A DNA stretch of 43,204 nucleotides, taken from Candidatus Kaiserbacteria bacterium (GTDB lineage Bacteria; Patescibacteriota; Minisyncoccia; Phycocordibacterales; Phycocordibacteraceae). The stretch lies in the NCBI GenBank assembly GCA_023267735.1, contig JAHFMT010000003.1:1-43204 (forward strand), written 5' to 3'. Below the pieces are notes generated by a model. That model saw only the letters and a list, made by a program, of their open reading frames with translations, had not been told where the DNA came from and did no database searches. The translations under genes and the position numbers were made by a program. Below, in pieces: positions 16,268 through 24,886 of this stretch. The first letter of the stretch is position 1; every line of letters starts with the position of its first letter.

Positions 16268-18019
16268 TTACGCGCGGTCGCGTATCTCCTTGGAAATACG
16301 TACAACCGCTTCAGTAGTACTTACCGGATCAAGCTTCCCGTGATCACGACTTTCAATAGTGACGGTGCTGCTTTCAATTTCTTTGTCACCGACGATAAGG
16401 ACGTATGGAATCTTTTCAGTCTTTGCTGCACGAATCTTCTTGCCGAGAGAATCATTTGCGTCATCTATATCAGCGCGTATGTCAGCGTCCTTAAGTGCAC
16501 TCAGAACCGTCTTTGCATACTCAATATGTTTGTCAGAGACAGGAATGACCATTGCCTGTACAGGAGACAGCCAAGCAGGGAAGGCGCCTGCGTAGTGTTC
16601 AATCATTACCGAAAGGAAGCGTTCAAGAGAGCCGGAGATGGCGCGGTGGATCATGACTGGACGTACCTTTGCACCAGTCTGATCGGTGTACTCAAGCTTG
16701 AAGCGCTCTGGCTGTACAAAGTCCAACTGGATGGTGGCAAGCTGCCATTCACGTCCAATGGCGTCCTTGAACATGAAGTCCAGCTTAGGGCCATAGAAGG
16801 CTGCCTCGCCCTCGCCACGAATCATCGTGAGTCCTTCTGCGGACGCTATGGCCTCAAGGTGTGCTTCTGCAGCGTCCCATATTGCCGTGTCGCCAAGATA
16901 CTTGTCAGGGGTCTTCGGGTCGCGCACCGAAAGGCGTGCCCAGTATGAACCTTCACCAAGCATGTTGAGGGTGCTGTAGAAGTCCTTGATGATGGAGATG
17001 ATGCGGCCAGCTTCATCAGCAATTTGGTCTGGGCGGCAAAATACGTGTCCATCGTCTTGGGTGATGGAGAGTACGCGAGAGAGGCCCAGAAGCTCACCAC
17101 TGTTTTCATCACGGTATACGCGGGTGACGTCAAAATAGCGGATAGGGAGGTCACGATAGCTTTTGGGGCGGCTCGCATAAATCTGTGTGTGATGCGGGCA
17201 GTTCATCGGCTTCAGCATGTAGTGCTTGTCACGGCCGTGTACCTGGAACCCATCATCCTTGTACTTGTCCCAGTGTCCCGAGACTTTGTAGAGGTCTGGT
17301 TTTGCAAGGTGCGGTATATCAACCTTTTCGTATCCTTGCGCCTTGTTTAATTCCCACAGGAAGGAGATAAGTTCATCGCGTACGATTGTTCCTTTGGGAG
17401 TGAAGAGAGGGAGTCCTGCACCCACAAGGTCAGAGATGACAAAGAGATCAAGCTCCTGTCCAAGTTTGCGGTGGTCACGCTTGAGTGCCTCTTCTTTTTG
17501 GGTGACGTATGCATCAAGAGCTTCTTTGGTATCAAAGGCAAGACCGTAGATGCGGGTGAGCATTGGATTCTTTTCGTCTCCACGCCAGTATGCACCAGCA
17601 ATGCGATCCAGTACGAATGAATCAGGTGCAATCTCAGTCGCAGGGTTTTCACTGTGTCCACCACGGCAGAGATCGGTGAACGTGCCTGCGGTATAGAGGG
17701 TGAGTGTGTCACCACGCTGGGTGATTTCTTGTATGAGCTCCTTCTTGTACTGGTTAGCAGCAAACTGCTCAGTAGCCTGTGCTTCTGACACAGGTGCGCC
17801 GGTCATGCTGTTCCAGGTAGGTAGGAGAGCACGCATCTCCTCAGTGAGGGAAGCAAGGTCTTCGCTGGTAGGGGTTGCACCACCAGAGAAATCAAAGTCG
17901 TAATAGAAGCCCGTATCTACCGCAGGACCAATAGTTGGCTTTGCGTGTGGGTATTTCTTTTGAATAACTGCCGCAAGGAGATGGGCAAGAGTATGGCGCT
18001 TTGCTTCAAGGGGATTCAT
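16268..18019 (-). CDS. thrS: Threonyl-tRNA synthetase (starts at the editing/SAD region, no N-terminal TGS domain)
   Basis: 583 aa from ATG 18019; the ORF-track start at 18037 is a TTG. It has HTLAHLLAAVI, class II core motifs (FRDE.. YRDENSGELLGLSRV, HRAISGSLERF) and a C-terminal anticodon-binding domain. Confidence 0.93.
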   Translation of the reverse strand: MNPLEAKRHTLAHLLAAVIQKKYPHAKPTIGPAVDTGFYYDFDFSGGATPTSEDLASLTEEMRALLPTWNSMTGAPVSEAQATEQFAANQYKKELIQEITQRGDTLTLYTAGTFTDLCRGGHSENPATEIAPDSFVLDRIAGAYWRGDEKNPMLTRIYGLAFDTKEALDAYVTQKEEALKRDHRKLGQELDLFVISDLVGAGLPLFTPKGTIVRDELISFLWELNKAQGYEKVDIPHLAKPDLYKVSGHWDKYKDDGFQVHGRDKHYMLKPMNCPHHTQIYASRPKSYRDLPIRYFDVTRVYRDENSGELLGLSRVLSITQDDGHVFCRPDQIADEAGRIISIIKDFYSTLNMLGEGSYWARLSVRDPKTPDKYLGDTAIWDAAEAHLEAIASAEGLTMIRGEGEAAFYGPKLDFMFKDAIGREWQLATIQLDFVQPERFKLEYTDQTGAKVRPVMIHRAISGSLERFLSVMIEHYAGAFPAWLSPVQAMVIPVSDKHIEYAKTVLSALKDADIRADIDDANDSLGKKIRAAKTEKIPYVLIVGDKEIESSTVTIESRDHGKLDPVSTTEAVVRISKEIRDRA

Positions 18020-18049
18020 GGGCAGATAGTAGCACAAAACATGCTCTAT

Positions 18050-21000
18050 TTAGAGCGGTTTAAGCTCATCAAGTGCGAGGGAAAGTTCACCATTTCGGGG
18101 AGAGACCGTGGCTTTAATGAGCACACAGGAACCTTCGGTGAGAGCGCCGCTGTGCTGTTTGTAGAGCTTGGGGAAGGCGACAGCTTCAATAGATGCGGTC
18201 TTGTCGGCAATTCTTAGGAACGCCATCTTGTCACCGTTTTTGGTGAGGATGGGACGGACGTTTTCAATAAGCACGGGCAAAATGACGGTTGCTTTTGGTT
18301 GTGGCTTCTCGCGTATAGCTGCGATAGAGGTACGTGCTTTTGCGGTGAGCTCAGTGTGGGTATCAAGGGGATGTCCTGAGACATAGATACCAAGCAATTC
18401 CTTTTCCCAAAGGAGTTTGTCTATAAGAGAGGTCGGTTTGTCTTCTTGTGGCAGGGTGAGGACTGGCGGTGCCATCATGCCAAAGAGTGAGTCTTGGGCG
18501 GATTGTGTTGCTTCACGATGGAAGGTAAGCAGGGTTTCTATGTGCGCCAGCATGACTCCGCGGGTGCCAAGGGTATCAAGCGCACCACACTTAATAAGTG
18601 ACTCAAGTGATTTGCGGTTGAGAGATTTTGCGCTGACACGTGCCAAGAAGTCTGAAAGAGAGCGGTACGGACCGTGTGCGGTGCGTTCTGTAAGGATAGC
18701 TTCGGCAATACCTTCACCAAAGTTTTTAATAGAAGAGAGACCGAAACGGATTGCCTGCGTGCCGTCACGATCAACAACAGTAAAGTCAGTACCACTTTCG
18801 TTTACGTCTGGTGGTAGTACGGGGATACGTAACCGTGTCGCCTCGGCAACAAAGATTGCCACCTGCTCAGTGTCGCCTGCATCTGCAGTAAGGAGTGCTG
18901 CCATGTATTCCACAGGGAAGTTCGCCTTCATGTACGCAGTTTGATAGGCAACTTTCCCATAGCTTGCGGCATGTGCTTTGTTAAAGCCGTACGCAGCAAA
19001 TGGTTCAATCAGTTTCCACAACTGCTCAGCTTTCTCGTTACTTAGTTTGCCGAACTCCATAAATCCTTTGGTGAGTTTTGCCTTCTCTGCCTGCATAACC
19101 TCCGGAATCTTTTTGCCCATCGCTTTGCGGAGCTTGTCTGCTTCAAGCCATGAGTAGCCACCCAATTTAATAGCGGTGAGGAGCACGTCATCTTGGTACA
19201 CCAAGAGACCGTGTGAGAAGGCGAGGTATTCCTTCATGCGTGGGTCAAGGTATTCCACCAGACGTGGCTGGTGCTTACGGGCGATATACGTAGGAATGGT
19301 TTCCATCGGACCAGGGCGATAGAGCGCCACCATGGCATTAATGTCGTGAATGGTTGAGGGACGAAGCTCTTTCAAGAAGCGGGTCATACCTGAGCCGTTG
19401 AGCTGGAAGGTACCTTCGGTCTCACCGCGCGAGAGCATGGTGAATGTTTTCGGGTCGTTCAGGGGAATGTTTTCAATATCAATATCAACTCCCTGTGTTT
19501 CCTTTACCCGCGCCACCGCATCAGAAAGAATAGAAAGGTTTTTGATACCAAGGAAGTCAAACTTCAAGAGACCCGCATCTTCAACCGCATGCATGTCGTA
19601 TTGCGTAATGAGTTTGCCGGTTTTGGTATCGAGCTGGAGTGCGGTCCACTCGGTGAGTGGTGTTGGTGCCATCACCACACCGGCTGCGTGCACACCGGTA
19701 TGGCGAGCACAGCCTTCAATACGCTTAGCAAGATCAAGTATCTCGCGTACATCTTCGTCTTCGTCATACAAAAGCTTCAGGTCAGGCTCAAGCTCAAGGG
19801 CGCGATCAATGGTCATCGGGAATCCTTGGCTGCCCATGGGAATGAGTTTGGCGATGCGGTCGCCGGTGCCATATGAGTGCCCAAGAGCACGTGCGACGTC
19901 GCGCACGGCAGCACGCGCCATCATGGTACCGAAGGTACCTATCTGTGCCACATGGTCTTCACCATACTTTGCTTTGGCATACGCAATCATTTCATCACGT
20001 CGGTTATCGGCATAGTCCATGTCGATATCAGGAGCAGAAGGGCGCTCAGGGTTCAAAAAGCGCTCAAAAGGAAGCTGGTACTCAAGCGGATTTACGTTCG
20101 TGATACCGGCAAGGTACGTAACAAGGGAGCCTGCCACGGATCCACGAATGGTGGTGAGAATCTTGTTTTTGTGGGCAAAGGCGAGCAGGTCTTGCACTAC
20201 GAGGAAGTAGGTCGCAAACCCTTTCTGTTTGATGATATCCAACTCATATTCAATACGGGTACGCATCTCCTCGGTCTCCTCAAGGCCACGCTTTTTAATG
20301 CCAGCATATGTCTTGGCACGGAGCTCTTCATCATGATTAGCAAATCCTTCAGCAACGGGAAGTGCAGGGAACACCCATTTACCCAATTCAAAAGATACGT
20401 TGCATCTATCAGCAATGTGTCCACTTTCTTCAACCGCTTCAGGGACGTCTGCAAACCACTCACGCATCTGTGCCTCGGTTGTGAATGAAAAGTCTTCGTC
20501 TTCGTTTCCGCCACTGCTGCCGCCTTGGCGAATGCGTTGCAGCACGTTACACGCTTCGCGATCACTGGGGGCGAGGTAGTAGACGTCATGCTGGGCAACG
20601 AGCGGTGCGCCGCTTTCTTTAGAAAGAGCCCTGAGCTTTTTCATGCGCTCCATGTGACCCTCTACGTTCGGGTGGTGAGAGATTTCCAGATACACGTTCT
20701 CTTTGCCAAAGATACTCTGGTATTCCGCAATACTTGCTGCTGCTCCCGCTGTGTCACCATTCTTAAGTGCCTGAGCAGGGGAGCCGGCAAAGGAGGGAAT
20801 GAGTGCAATCAATCCTTGGTGATGCTTGCGCATCAACTCCATATCAATGCGTGGCTTCTCAGACAGTCCTACGGTTGCACCAGCGGAAACAAGCTGCAGG
20901 AGGTTTTTGTATCCATCCATGTTTTCTGCAAGGAGCACGATGCGTGAACGCTTTTCGTTTGCATCATGTATGAGGTGTGAGCCAGGTGCGACATATGCGT

Positions 21001-21199
21001 CTACACCGATAATCGCTTTGATTTCTTTTTTCTCTGCTTCTTTGTAGAGCTCAATGGCACCGTGGAGGTTACCGGCATCGGTAAGGGCAATAGCGCTCAT
21101 GCCTTCCGCCTTCACTTTCTTTACCAGCTCGTCCACTTTCGGGAGTGCCTGCAAGAAGCTGTAGTGGGAGTGGGTGTGGAGGTGGACGAAACGGCTCAT
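18050..21199 (-). CDS. dnaE: DNA polymerase III alpha subunit
   Basis: 1049 aa from MSRFVHLHTHSHYSFLQ (PHP domain), with conserved polymerase core and OB-fold regions. The ORF-track N-terminal extension to 21589 overlaps rnhB and looks non-protein-like. Confidence 0.95.
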   Translation of the reverse strand: MSRFVHLHTHSHYSFLQALPKVDELVKKVKAEGMSAIALTDAGNLHGAIELYKEAEKKEIKAIIGVDAYVAPGSHLIHDANEKRSRIVLLAENMDGYKNLLQLVSAGATVGLSEKPRIDMELMRKHHQGLIALIPSFAGSPAQALKNGDTAGAAASIAEYQSIFGKENVYLEISHHPNVEGHMERMKKLRALSKESGAPLVAQHDVYYLAPSDREACNVLQRIRQGGSSGGNEDEDFSFTTEAQMREWFADVPEAVEESGHIADRCNVSFELGKWVFPALPVAEGFANHDEELRAKTYAGIKKRGLEETEEMRTRIEYELDIIKQKGFATYFLVVQDLLAFAHKNKILTTIRGSVAGSLVTYLAGITNVNPLEYQLPFERFLNPERPSAPDIDMDYADNRRDEMIAYAKAKYGEDHVAQIGTFGTMMARAAVRDVARALGHSYGTGDRIAKLIPMGSQGFPMTIDRALELEPDLKLLYDEDEDVREILDLAKRIEGCARHTGVHAAGVVMAPTPLTEWTALQLDTKTGKLITQYDMHAVEDAGLLKFDFLGIKNLSILSDAVARVKETQGVDIDIENIPLNDPKTFTMLSRGETEGTFQLNGSGMTRFLKELRPSTIHDINAMVALYRPGPMETIPTYIARKHQPRLVEYLDPRMKEYLAFSHGLLVYQDDVLLTAIKLGGYSWLEADKLRKAMGKKIPEVMQAEKAKLTKGFMEFGKLSNEKAEQLWKLIEPFAAYGFNKAHAASYGKVAYQTAYMKANFPVEYMAALLTADAGDTEQVAIFVAEATRLRIPVLPPDVNESGTDFTVVDRDGTQAIRFGLSSIKNFGEGIAEAILTERTAHGPYRSLSDFLARVSAKSLNRKSLESLIKCGALDTLGTRGVMLAHIETLLTFHREATQSAQDSLFGMMAPPVLTLPQEDKPTSLIDKLLWEKELLGIYVSGHPLDTHTELTAKARTSIAAIREKPQPKATVILPVLIENVRPILTKNGDKMAFLRIADKTASIEAVAFPKLYKQHSGALTEGSCVLIKATVSPRNGELSLALDELKPL

Positions 21200-21255
21200 A
21201 GGTACTAAGAATAGCAAACTTATCTTGACCTGAAACTTACTGCTATTCTGGGGAT

Positions 21256-21831
21256 ATGAAATACATCGTCGGTGTGGACGAAGCGGGTAGGGGACCATTG
21301 GCAGGACCGGTGTCCGTAGGGATTGTTGCGGTACCCGTTGGCTTTGATGTGGCGGCAGAGTTTCCCGGCGTGAAGGACTCCAAGAAGCTTTCAGAAAAGA
21401 AACGGGAAGCGATTTTTGCACAGCTGGAAGAACGAAAGAAGTTGGGAGACGTGAAGTTCTCTGTATGTTTTGAAAGTGCGCAGGTGATAGATGCAAAGGG
21501 GATTGCGTATGCGGTAAAGAAGGCGGCGTGGCGAGGAATACGTGCACTTGCTCCTGAGGATATAGAGAAGGTGTTTTTGGATGGATCACTCAAAGCTCCC
21601 CCTGAGTACATACAAGAAACGGTCATTGATGGTGACAACCTCATACCGATTATTTCCCTCGCCTCGGTTGCAGCAAAAGTCTTGCGTGACCGGAAGATGT
21701 ACGAATACGAGAAAGAGTTTCCTGGATATGGATTTGCAAAGCACAAGGGGTACGGAACGAAAGAACACTATGCGGCCATACGCGAGCACGGTCTCTCTGC
21801 CATTCATCGCCGCTCATTTTTGCGAGATTGA
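21256..21831 (+). CDS. rnhB: Ribonuclease HII
   Basis: 191 aa with the RNase HII N-terminal signature VGVDEAGRGPLAGPVSVG, plus DSKKLS and HRRSF. Confidence 0.93.
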   Translation: MKYIVGVDEAGRGPLAGPVSVGIVAVPVGFDVAAEFPGVKDSKKLSEKKREAIFAQLEERKKLGDVKFSVCFESAQVIDAKGIAYAVKKAAWRGIRALAPEDIEKVFLDGSLKAPPEYIQETVIDGDNLIPIISLASVAAKVLRDRKMYEYEKEFPGYGFAKHKGYGTKEHYAAIREHGLSAIHRRSFLRD

Positions 21832-21835
21832 TTTG

Positions 21836-22194
21836 TCTGGGGCGAGTGGTATGCTGCTGGCTGGTTTTTATAGCACCTTCCACCCATCATTCATCCGGAG
21901 AGTCCCATGCCCGAAAAGGTTACGAAAGGCCTGCAAGAAGCAATCCAGCAGGCGGCAACAAAAGCGAAGCAAGTTACTGAAGGGAACAAGAAACCTGTTC
22001 CGCCCAATGACCCAGGAAAGCTCAGGGAGTGCGGGTTTAAAAAGTGTTCGGACTGTTCCTTTGCTGAGGCAACGGTTCGGGCTCATGGCGGCACCTGCGT
22101 CCTTGTCGTGTGCAGCGCGACTTCTCCGTGGAGTCAAATGGCGCGTGACGAGGTCGAAGCGTGTACTGGCCATAAGGCTCGACCGGTCCTTGAA
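21836..22194 (+). ncRNA. rnpB: Probable RNase P RNA (bacterial type A-like); ends approximate
   Basis: All frames are open but none is protein-like. GGAGAGUCC (21897-21905) resembles CR-I GAGGAAAGUCC, and CAUAAGGCUCGACC (22171-22184) resembles CR-V ACAGAAnnnGGCUUA. GAG(U)CC and GGCUC can form P4 with the bulged U. GCAACAAAAGCGAAGCAAG and GGAGUCAAAUGG resemble E. coli GCAACAGAGAGCAAAC and GGAGCAAGGCCAAAUAGG. An intrinsic terminator follows. Confidence 0.55.
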
Positions 22195-22228
22195 ACATCC
22201 CCTCCCTAAGGGGGTGTTTTCCTTTTTA
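22195..22228 (+). terminator. Intrinsic terminator ACATCCCCT-CCCTA-AGGGGGTGT plus TTTCCTTTTT
   Basis: Read directly. It fixes the orientation of the upstream RNA as plus. Confidence 0.75.
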
Positions 22229-22254
22229 TAGGGGTGTGGTACAGTCTCTCCACT

Positions 22255-22578
22255 ATGACTGTACGAATGCGCCATACACGCGGACACACGGGTAACCGTC
22301 GTTCCCACCACGCCCTTAAGACGCGCGTGATTGTTGCTGATAAGGAGACAGGAAACCTCCGTCTCCCACACCGCATTGATGAGGTAACCGGTATGTACAA
22401 GGGCAAGCAGATTGCTGAGCCTAAGAAGGTAAAGGCAGTGAAGAAGGAGTCTGGCAAGGGTACCAAGCATGATCACGTACATCACGACCATGATCACAAG
22501 GCTGAAACCGTAGCCGCTGAAGTGGTGGAAAAGAAGCCAACGGCACGTCCTCGTAGCCGTAGCGGCATGGGATCATAA
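22255..22578 (+). CDS. rpmF: 50S ribosomal protein bL32 with His-rich C-terminal extension
   Basis: MTVRMRHTRGHTGNRRSHHALKT...GNLRLPHRIDEVTGMYKGKQI follows the L32 pattern (..RRSHDAL......G...L.HH....G.Y.G..V). ATG 22255 is preferred. The tail contains HDHVHHDHDH. Confidence 0.8.
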   Translation: MTVRMRHTRGHTGNRRSHHALKTRVIVADKETGNLRLPHRIDEVTGMYKGKQIAEPKKVKAVKKESGKGTKHDHVHHDHDHKAETVAAEVVEKKPTARPRSRSGMGS

Positions 22579-22600
22579 TTTCTGTAATACACAGTTGTTA

Positions 22601-22634
22601 GAAACGCCCCGCTTGTGCGGGGCGTTTCTGTTGG
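22601..22634 (+). terminator. Intrinsic terminator GAAACGCCCCGC-TTGT-GCGGGGCGTTTC plus TGTTGG
   Basis: 12-bp perfect stem read directly, after rpmF. Confidence 0.8.
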
Positions 22635-22665
22635 TACGCTATAGGTACATAACGCTCTTTTATAT

Positions 22666-23568
22666 ATGGCCAACCGCCACTTAGCTCGTTCAATTGTCCT
22701 GCAGACACTCTTTGAGTGGGATACTGCCGCCGTGGGGGAGAAGGCCGTGAAAGATATTCTCACCAGAAACGTAGAGGAGTTTGGTGGTGGCGATACCGAC
22801 CACCCATTCATGAATGCACTGCTTGATGGTGTTATTGCTAAGCAGAAAGATTTGGATACGGTTATCACTAAAGCAGCTCCTGATTGGCCTCTCGAAAAGA
22901 TTGCTCCTGTTGACCGCAACATTTTGCGTATCGGGTTGTATGAGCTTCTGTTTGCTGATCGTGCTCAGGTGCCAGCAAAGGTAGCTATTAACGAAGCCAT
23001 TGAACTTGCAAAGACGTTTGGCGGGGACTCTTCTGGCAGGTTCGTAAACGGGGTGCTTGGTGCAGTGTATAAGGAGTTGGGTGAGCCAGGTAAAGATGAG
23101 AAGGGGAAGAAAGATGCCGTGCGTCGTGAAGATCTGCCTCTTGAAAAGCTTGGTGGTGCCATCATTTATTCTCGCCACGAGGGCCAATACTATTTAGCCT
23201 TGGTACATGACGTGTTTGGTCGCTGGACTCTTTCCAAGGGACATATTGAGGGCGACCCAACTCCCGAAGCGGGTGTGATACGTGTGGCAAAAGAAGAACT
23301 TGGCCTTGAGGTGAAGATTGAAGATCAGGTAGGTGAGAATGAGTACGTCGCTTCTCATCCTGAGAAAGGGAAGGTACGCAAGCACGTGTGGTTCTTCTTG
23401 TGTTCCTCCGAGTTCTTGCCGGTGGAGCTTAAGAAGAGTGGTGGACTTGATGATGCACGCTGGTTCCGTTTGCAGGATATTCTTGACCTTAACTTCTATG
23501 AGGACATGCTGCCGATCGTTACCGCTGCCGTGCAGAAGCTGCTTGACCGTACTGCTCCCGGGCAGTAG
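22666..23568 (+). CDS. nusB: NusB antitermination factor fused to a C-terminal Nudix-fold domain
   Basis: Residues 1-140 are NusB-like: ARSIVLQTLFEWD...RNILRIGLYELLF...VPAKVAINEAIELAKTFGGDSSGRFVNGVLGAV. Residues about 160-300 carry a Nudix-like box, GHIEGDPTPEAGVIRVAKEELGL, set against the consensus Gx5Ex7REUxEExGU. Confidence 0.8.
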   Translation: MANRHLARSIVLQTLFEWDTAAVGEKAVKDILTRNVEEFGGGDTDHPFMNALLDGVIAKQKDLDTVITKAAPDWPLEKIAPVDRNILRIGLYELLFADRAQVPAKVAINEAIELAKTFGGDSSGRFVNGVLGAVYKELGEPGKDEKGKKDAVRREDLPLEKLGGAIIYSRHEGQYYLALVHDVFGRWTLSKGHIEGDPTPEAGVIRVAKEELGLEVKIEDQVGENEYVASHPEKGKVRKHVWFFLCSSEFLPVELKKSGGLDDARWFRLQDILDLNFYEDMLPIVTAAVQKLLDRTAPGQ

Positions 23569-23577
23569 CGTTCCTGT

Positions 23578-24264
23578 ATGACCGACCATATTGATGCTGC
23601 AAAGACCTTAGGTCTTTCTTTTCGCGACGAAGAGCTGCTTGTTGAAGCGCTGACGCATCGTTCGTATTTGAATGAAAACAAAAAGACCAAGACCCATAAC
23701 GAGCGTTTGGAGTTTCTTGGAGACGCAGTGCTTGAGCTTGTTACCACCCACTATTTATTTACGAAATTCCCTGCAAGTCCCGAGGGTGAACTAACCACAT
23801 ACCGTGCAGCACTCGTGAACACGGTATCGCTTGCAGAGACTGCAGCAAAGATTGGCATTAATGACCACCTGCGTCTTTCCAAAGGTGAGGCACGAGATAC
23901 AGGACGTGCACGACAAATTATTCTTGCCGATGCACTGGAAGCGGTCATTGGCGCGGTCTATCTTGACCAGGGGTATGATGCTGCCGGAGCATTTATTGCA
24001 AAGCATTTGTTCCCGAAGGTAGATGCAATTGTCGCGAATCAAGGATTCAAAGATGCCAAGAGCCGTTTTCAGGAAGCAGCACAAGATAAAGAGGGGACGA
24101 CACCGCGGTACGAAGTACTTATGGAGGTGGGGCCTGATCACGATCGACGCTTCACTGTCGGAGTCTTCTTGGGTACTCAGGAAATAGCGCGCGGGGAAGG
24201 AAAGGCAAAGCAGGAAGCAGAACAGGAGGCGGCACAGAACGCGCTTGACAAGAGGGGTTGGTAG
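23578..24264 (+). CDS. rnc: Ribonuclease III
   Basis: 228 aa with the RNase III signature NERLEFLGDAVLELV and a C-terminal dsRBD (..GPDHDRRFTVGVFLG..GEGKAKQEAEQEAAQNAL). Confidence 0.95.
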   Translation: MTDHIDAAKTLGLSFRDEELLVEALTHRSYLNENKKTKTHNERLEFLGDAVLELVTTHYLFTKFPASPEGELTTYRAALVNTVSLAETAAKIGINDHLRLSKGEARDTGRARQIILADALEAVIGAVYLDQGYDAAGAFIAKHLFPKVDAIVANQGFKDAKSRFQEAAQDKEGTTPRYEVLMEVGPDHDRRFTVGVFLGTQEIARGEGKAKQEAEQEAAQNALDKRGW

Positions 24265-24326
24265 CAGGATAGTTTCGTGCAGGTTGCTGACGTCTATATC
24301 CACAATCCTCACAAAGGGGCCTCTCA

Positions 24327-24827
24327 ATGAATCAGTTCGGCGTGAACGTTCGTCTGACGGCCGCTCTTGTGTTGGTCGTCCTGGTGTTTTTCGTATATGG
24401 CGTGCCGTATGGGATGTCTGTGCGCTGGGCGGCAGCATGTACCTTCTGCACGGTCTCTCTCTCATGCCTGCCGGGCAAGGGCGAGATGACTCGGGCCGGA
24501 CTTCTGATGTACATCATGAGCATGTGTTTCCTTGGAAGTGCACTGGTGTTGATAGTGCGACCAGTGTTTCCTGCAGAGGCACCCGTGCCTCTCCCGGGAC
24601 TCATCGTGCTCGTCAACATCCCGGTGTTCTTTGGTGTGGGGTACCTTGCTCGGGAATCTCTTATGGACACCGAATGGGATAGAGCTTCCAGAAGTCTGGT
24701 TGCCTTCGCGTCCTTTCCTTTTTTGGGATTTCCCGGAGCACATATCCTAGAGGGCATTCGGAAGACTCGTGAAGTTCGGATAGAACGAAAGCGCAAAGAG
24801 CATCAGAAACCTTTGGTGCACTCATAG
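24327..24827 (+). CDS. Hypothetical polytopic membrane protein
   Basis: 166 aa with about 4 hydrophobic helices and a basic tail. Codons are relatively GC3-rich. AAAGGGG lies 8 nt upstream of the ATG, and a strong terminator follows. Confidence 0.55.
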   Translation: MNQFGVNVRLTAALVLVVLVFFVYGVPYGMSVRWAAACTFCTVSLSCLPGKGEMTRAGLLMYIMSMCFLGSALVLIVRPVFPAEAPVPLPGLIVLVNIPVFFGVGYLARESLMDTEWDRASRSLVAFASFPFLGFPGAHILEGIRKTREVRIERKRKEHQKPLVHS

Positions 24828-24836
24828 CTAGCGTTC

Positions 24837-24872
24837 AAAAGCTGTCGGCCCCGTGTCGACAGCTTTTTGTTT
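24837..24872 (+). terminator. Intrinsic terminator AAAAGCTGTCG-loop-CGACAGCTTTTTGTTT
   Basis: Read directly. Confidence 0.8.
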
Positions 24873-24886
24873 GGTACAATATCCTT

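Noticed and set aside
16262-16948. 228-aa plus-strand ORF
   Set aside because: It lies entirely inside thrS on the opposite strand and has no motif. This is a shadow ORF.
21200-21589. 130-codon N-terminal extension of the dnaE ORF (ORF track 18050-21589)
   Set aside because: The extension is Pro/Ser/Leu-rich and not protein-like, and it overlaps rnhB on the other strand. The canonical PHP-domain start MSRFVHLHTHSHYS at 21199 has a TGcTATTCT box 8 nt upstream.
21868-22497. 209-aa minus ORF and 100-aa plus ORF (21907-22209) in the rnhB-rpmF gap
   Set aside because: All frames are open because the region is stop-poor structured RNA, the probable RNase P RNA. The 209-aa ORF also runs antisense through rpmF, and no protein motif was seen. 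If cmsearch fails, the 100-aa Cys-rich plus ORF should be reconsidered.
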